Virus record (IMG/VR): IMGVR_UViG_2740892433_000005
Location: 1-35,657 of that record
Direction: 5' to 3' (one strand)
Source of the DNA: a virus
Taxonomy: Duplodnaviria > Heunggongvirae > Uroviricota > Caudoviricetes
DNA: 35,657 nt
Shown here: positions 34,953 through 35,657 of the stretch, piece after piece
Layout of the letters: the number at the start of each line of letters is the position of its first letter
How positions within the stretch are numbered: the stretch's first letter is position 1
Notes under the pieces: model-generated
Seen by the model: the letters and a program-made list of their open reading frames with translations, nothing else
The model's database searches: none
Told to the model about the DNA's origin: nothing
Position numbers and translations under genes: made by a program

Positions 34953-34987
34953 AAAAGCACGGTAGACCCCTTACCGTGCTTTTTTTA
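34953..34987 (+). terminator. rho-independent terminator after the Mor-like gene
   Basis: agcacggta (34956-34964) and taccgtgct (34972-34980) 9-bp perfect stem, 7-nt loop, followed by TTTTTT (34981-34986); 46 nt after the stop codon. Confidence 0.7.
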
Positions 34988-35024
34988 TGCTCTCTCTTTA
35001 GTATTCAGGATGCAGGGAGAAAAT

Positions 35025-35657
35025 ATGTTTGACGTTTCGTTGTTAAATCTGCCATGGGCAACACTGGTGACCCTGACCAGTGGCTATATTGGGTATTTTA
35101 TTGCGAATGTGGGACTGAAGGATCACCACAAGCCCATTGAGGTGACTTTTTCTTCGCTGATTTTTGGCCTGACAGCAATGATGGCTTACCAGGCTGTTAT
35201 GTGGGCAGGTCTGAATGCCTGGCTGGCAACACCACCAGCACTTCTGTGTGCCGTTACATGCGGTGCGTGGTGGCGCAGGTACGGTCGCAAATGGATGTAC
35301 AGATTACTGTGGAATAATGATATTTCATGGTCTGACGATACCAGCTCAGCATGGCAGGCAATGTTTGATCAAACAGGCTTCAGCGTTACCGAGGTCAGAG
35401 TGATTCTTCGCGATGGTTCCGGTATGATGTCACGACTGCCAGGGAACTTTGAAGAGTGGCCTAACGGTCCGTTTACCCTGGGGAATAAAGGCGATATGGT
35501 TCTTTACGTCACGCACAGCAGCCCTTCAGGCAGTAACGAATGGGAAGAGTATAAAGGCGTGGTTGATAAGTACTGGGGAGCTCTGGCAACCTATATTCCA
35601 GCAGATCAGATTGCCAGAGTGGAGATCAGGCGCGTTCGTGCGACGAACGATGAATGA
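35025..35657 (+). CDS. membrane protein of unknown function (3 predicted N-terminal TM helices plus soluble C-terminal domain)
   Basis: ATG at 35025 with AGGGAG 8 nt upstream; hydrophobic segments in the first ~90 residues; stop codon is the last three bases of the window. Confidence 0.5.
   Translation: MFDVSLLNLPWATLVTLTSGYIGYFIANVGLKDHHKPIEVTFSSLIFGLTAMMAYQAVMWAGLNAWLATPPALLCAVTCGAWWRRYGRKWMYRLLWNNDISWSDDTSSAWQAMFDQTGFSVTEVRVILRDGSGMMSRLPGNFEEWPNGPFTLGNKGDMVLYVTHSSPSGSNEWEEYKGVVDKYWGALATYIPADQIARVEIRRVRATNDE

Larger units (their letters stand above)
1..35657. mobile_element. Mu-like transposable prophage, near-complete; both ends at or beyond the window edges
   Basis: Contiguous tight gene packing with overlapping stop/start codons; DDE transposase plus AAA+ transposition ATPase, Gam, GemA-like and Mor/C-like genes, Mu-type head genes (gp27/28/29/F/G/I/T-like) and P2/Mu-type contractile tail and baseplate. 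Late and early blocks are transcribed divergently, unlike Mu itself. Confidence 0.8.

Noticed and set aside
1-35657. tRNA, rRNA or integrase/attachment-site features
   Set aside because: No cloverleaf-like or rRNA-like segment was noticed and no tyrosine/serine integrase ORF is present; a by-eye scan cannot exclude a tRNA, so this is absence of evidence only. Transposable-phage ends are expected outside or at the extreme edges of the window.

Overview
The window is almost entirely one Mu-like transposable prophage, read by eye from the sequence and the supplied ORF track; all family assignments rest on remembered motifs and gene order, since no database search was possible. Late genes fill 1-23608 on the minus strand: lysis cassette (holin, transglycosylase endolysin, nested spanins), terminase, portal, Mu F/G/I-like head genes, major capsid, sheath, tube, chaperone, tape measure, P2/Mu-type baseplate, and the start of a tail fiber that runs off the window. 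A plus-strand cargo block (P-loop protein, small ORF, Dam-class adenine methyltransferase) sits at 23741-25709. The lysogeny switch is at 25826-26449 (leftward XRE-type repressor, rightward Ner/Cro-like gene, perfect palindrome between them). The rightward early operon (26499-34910) holds a DDE transposase, a MuB-like ATPase, Gam, GemA-like and Mor/C-like genes, ends at a clean intrinsic terminator, and is followed by a membrane-protein gene to the window edge. No rRNA, tRNA or CRISPR array was recognised. The points most worth a second look are the tape-measure gene (about eight near-identical 261-bp tandem repeats, broken by a 110-bp aberrant unit), the uncharacterised cargo block beside the methyltransferase, and an AT-rich block of two unknown genes between the regulators and the transposase. 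I could not identify a specific novel system with confidence; these are candidates.
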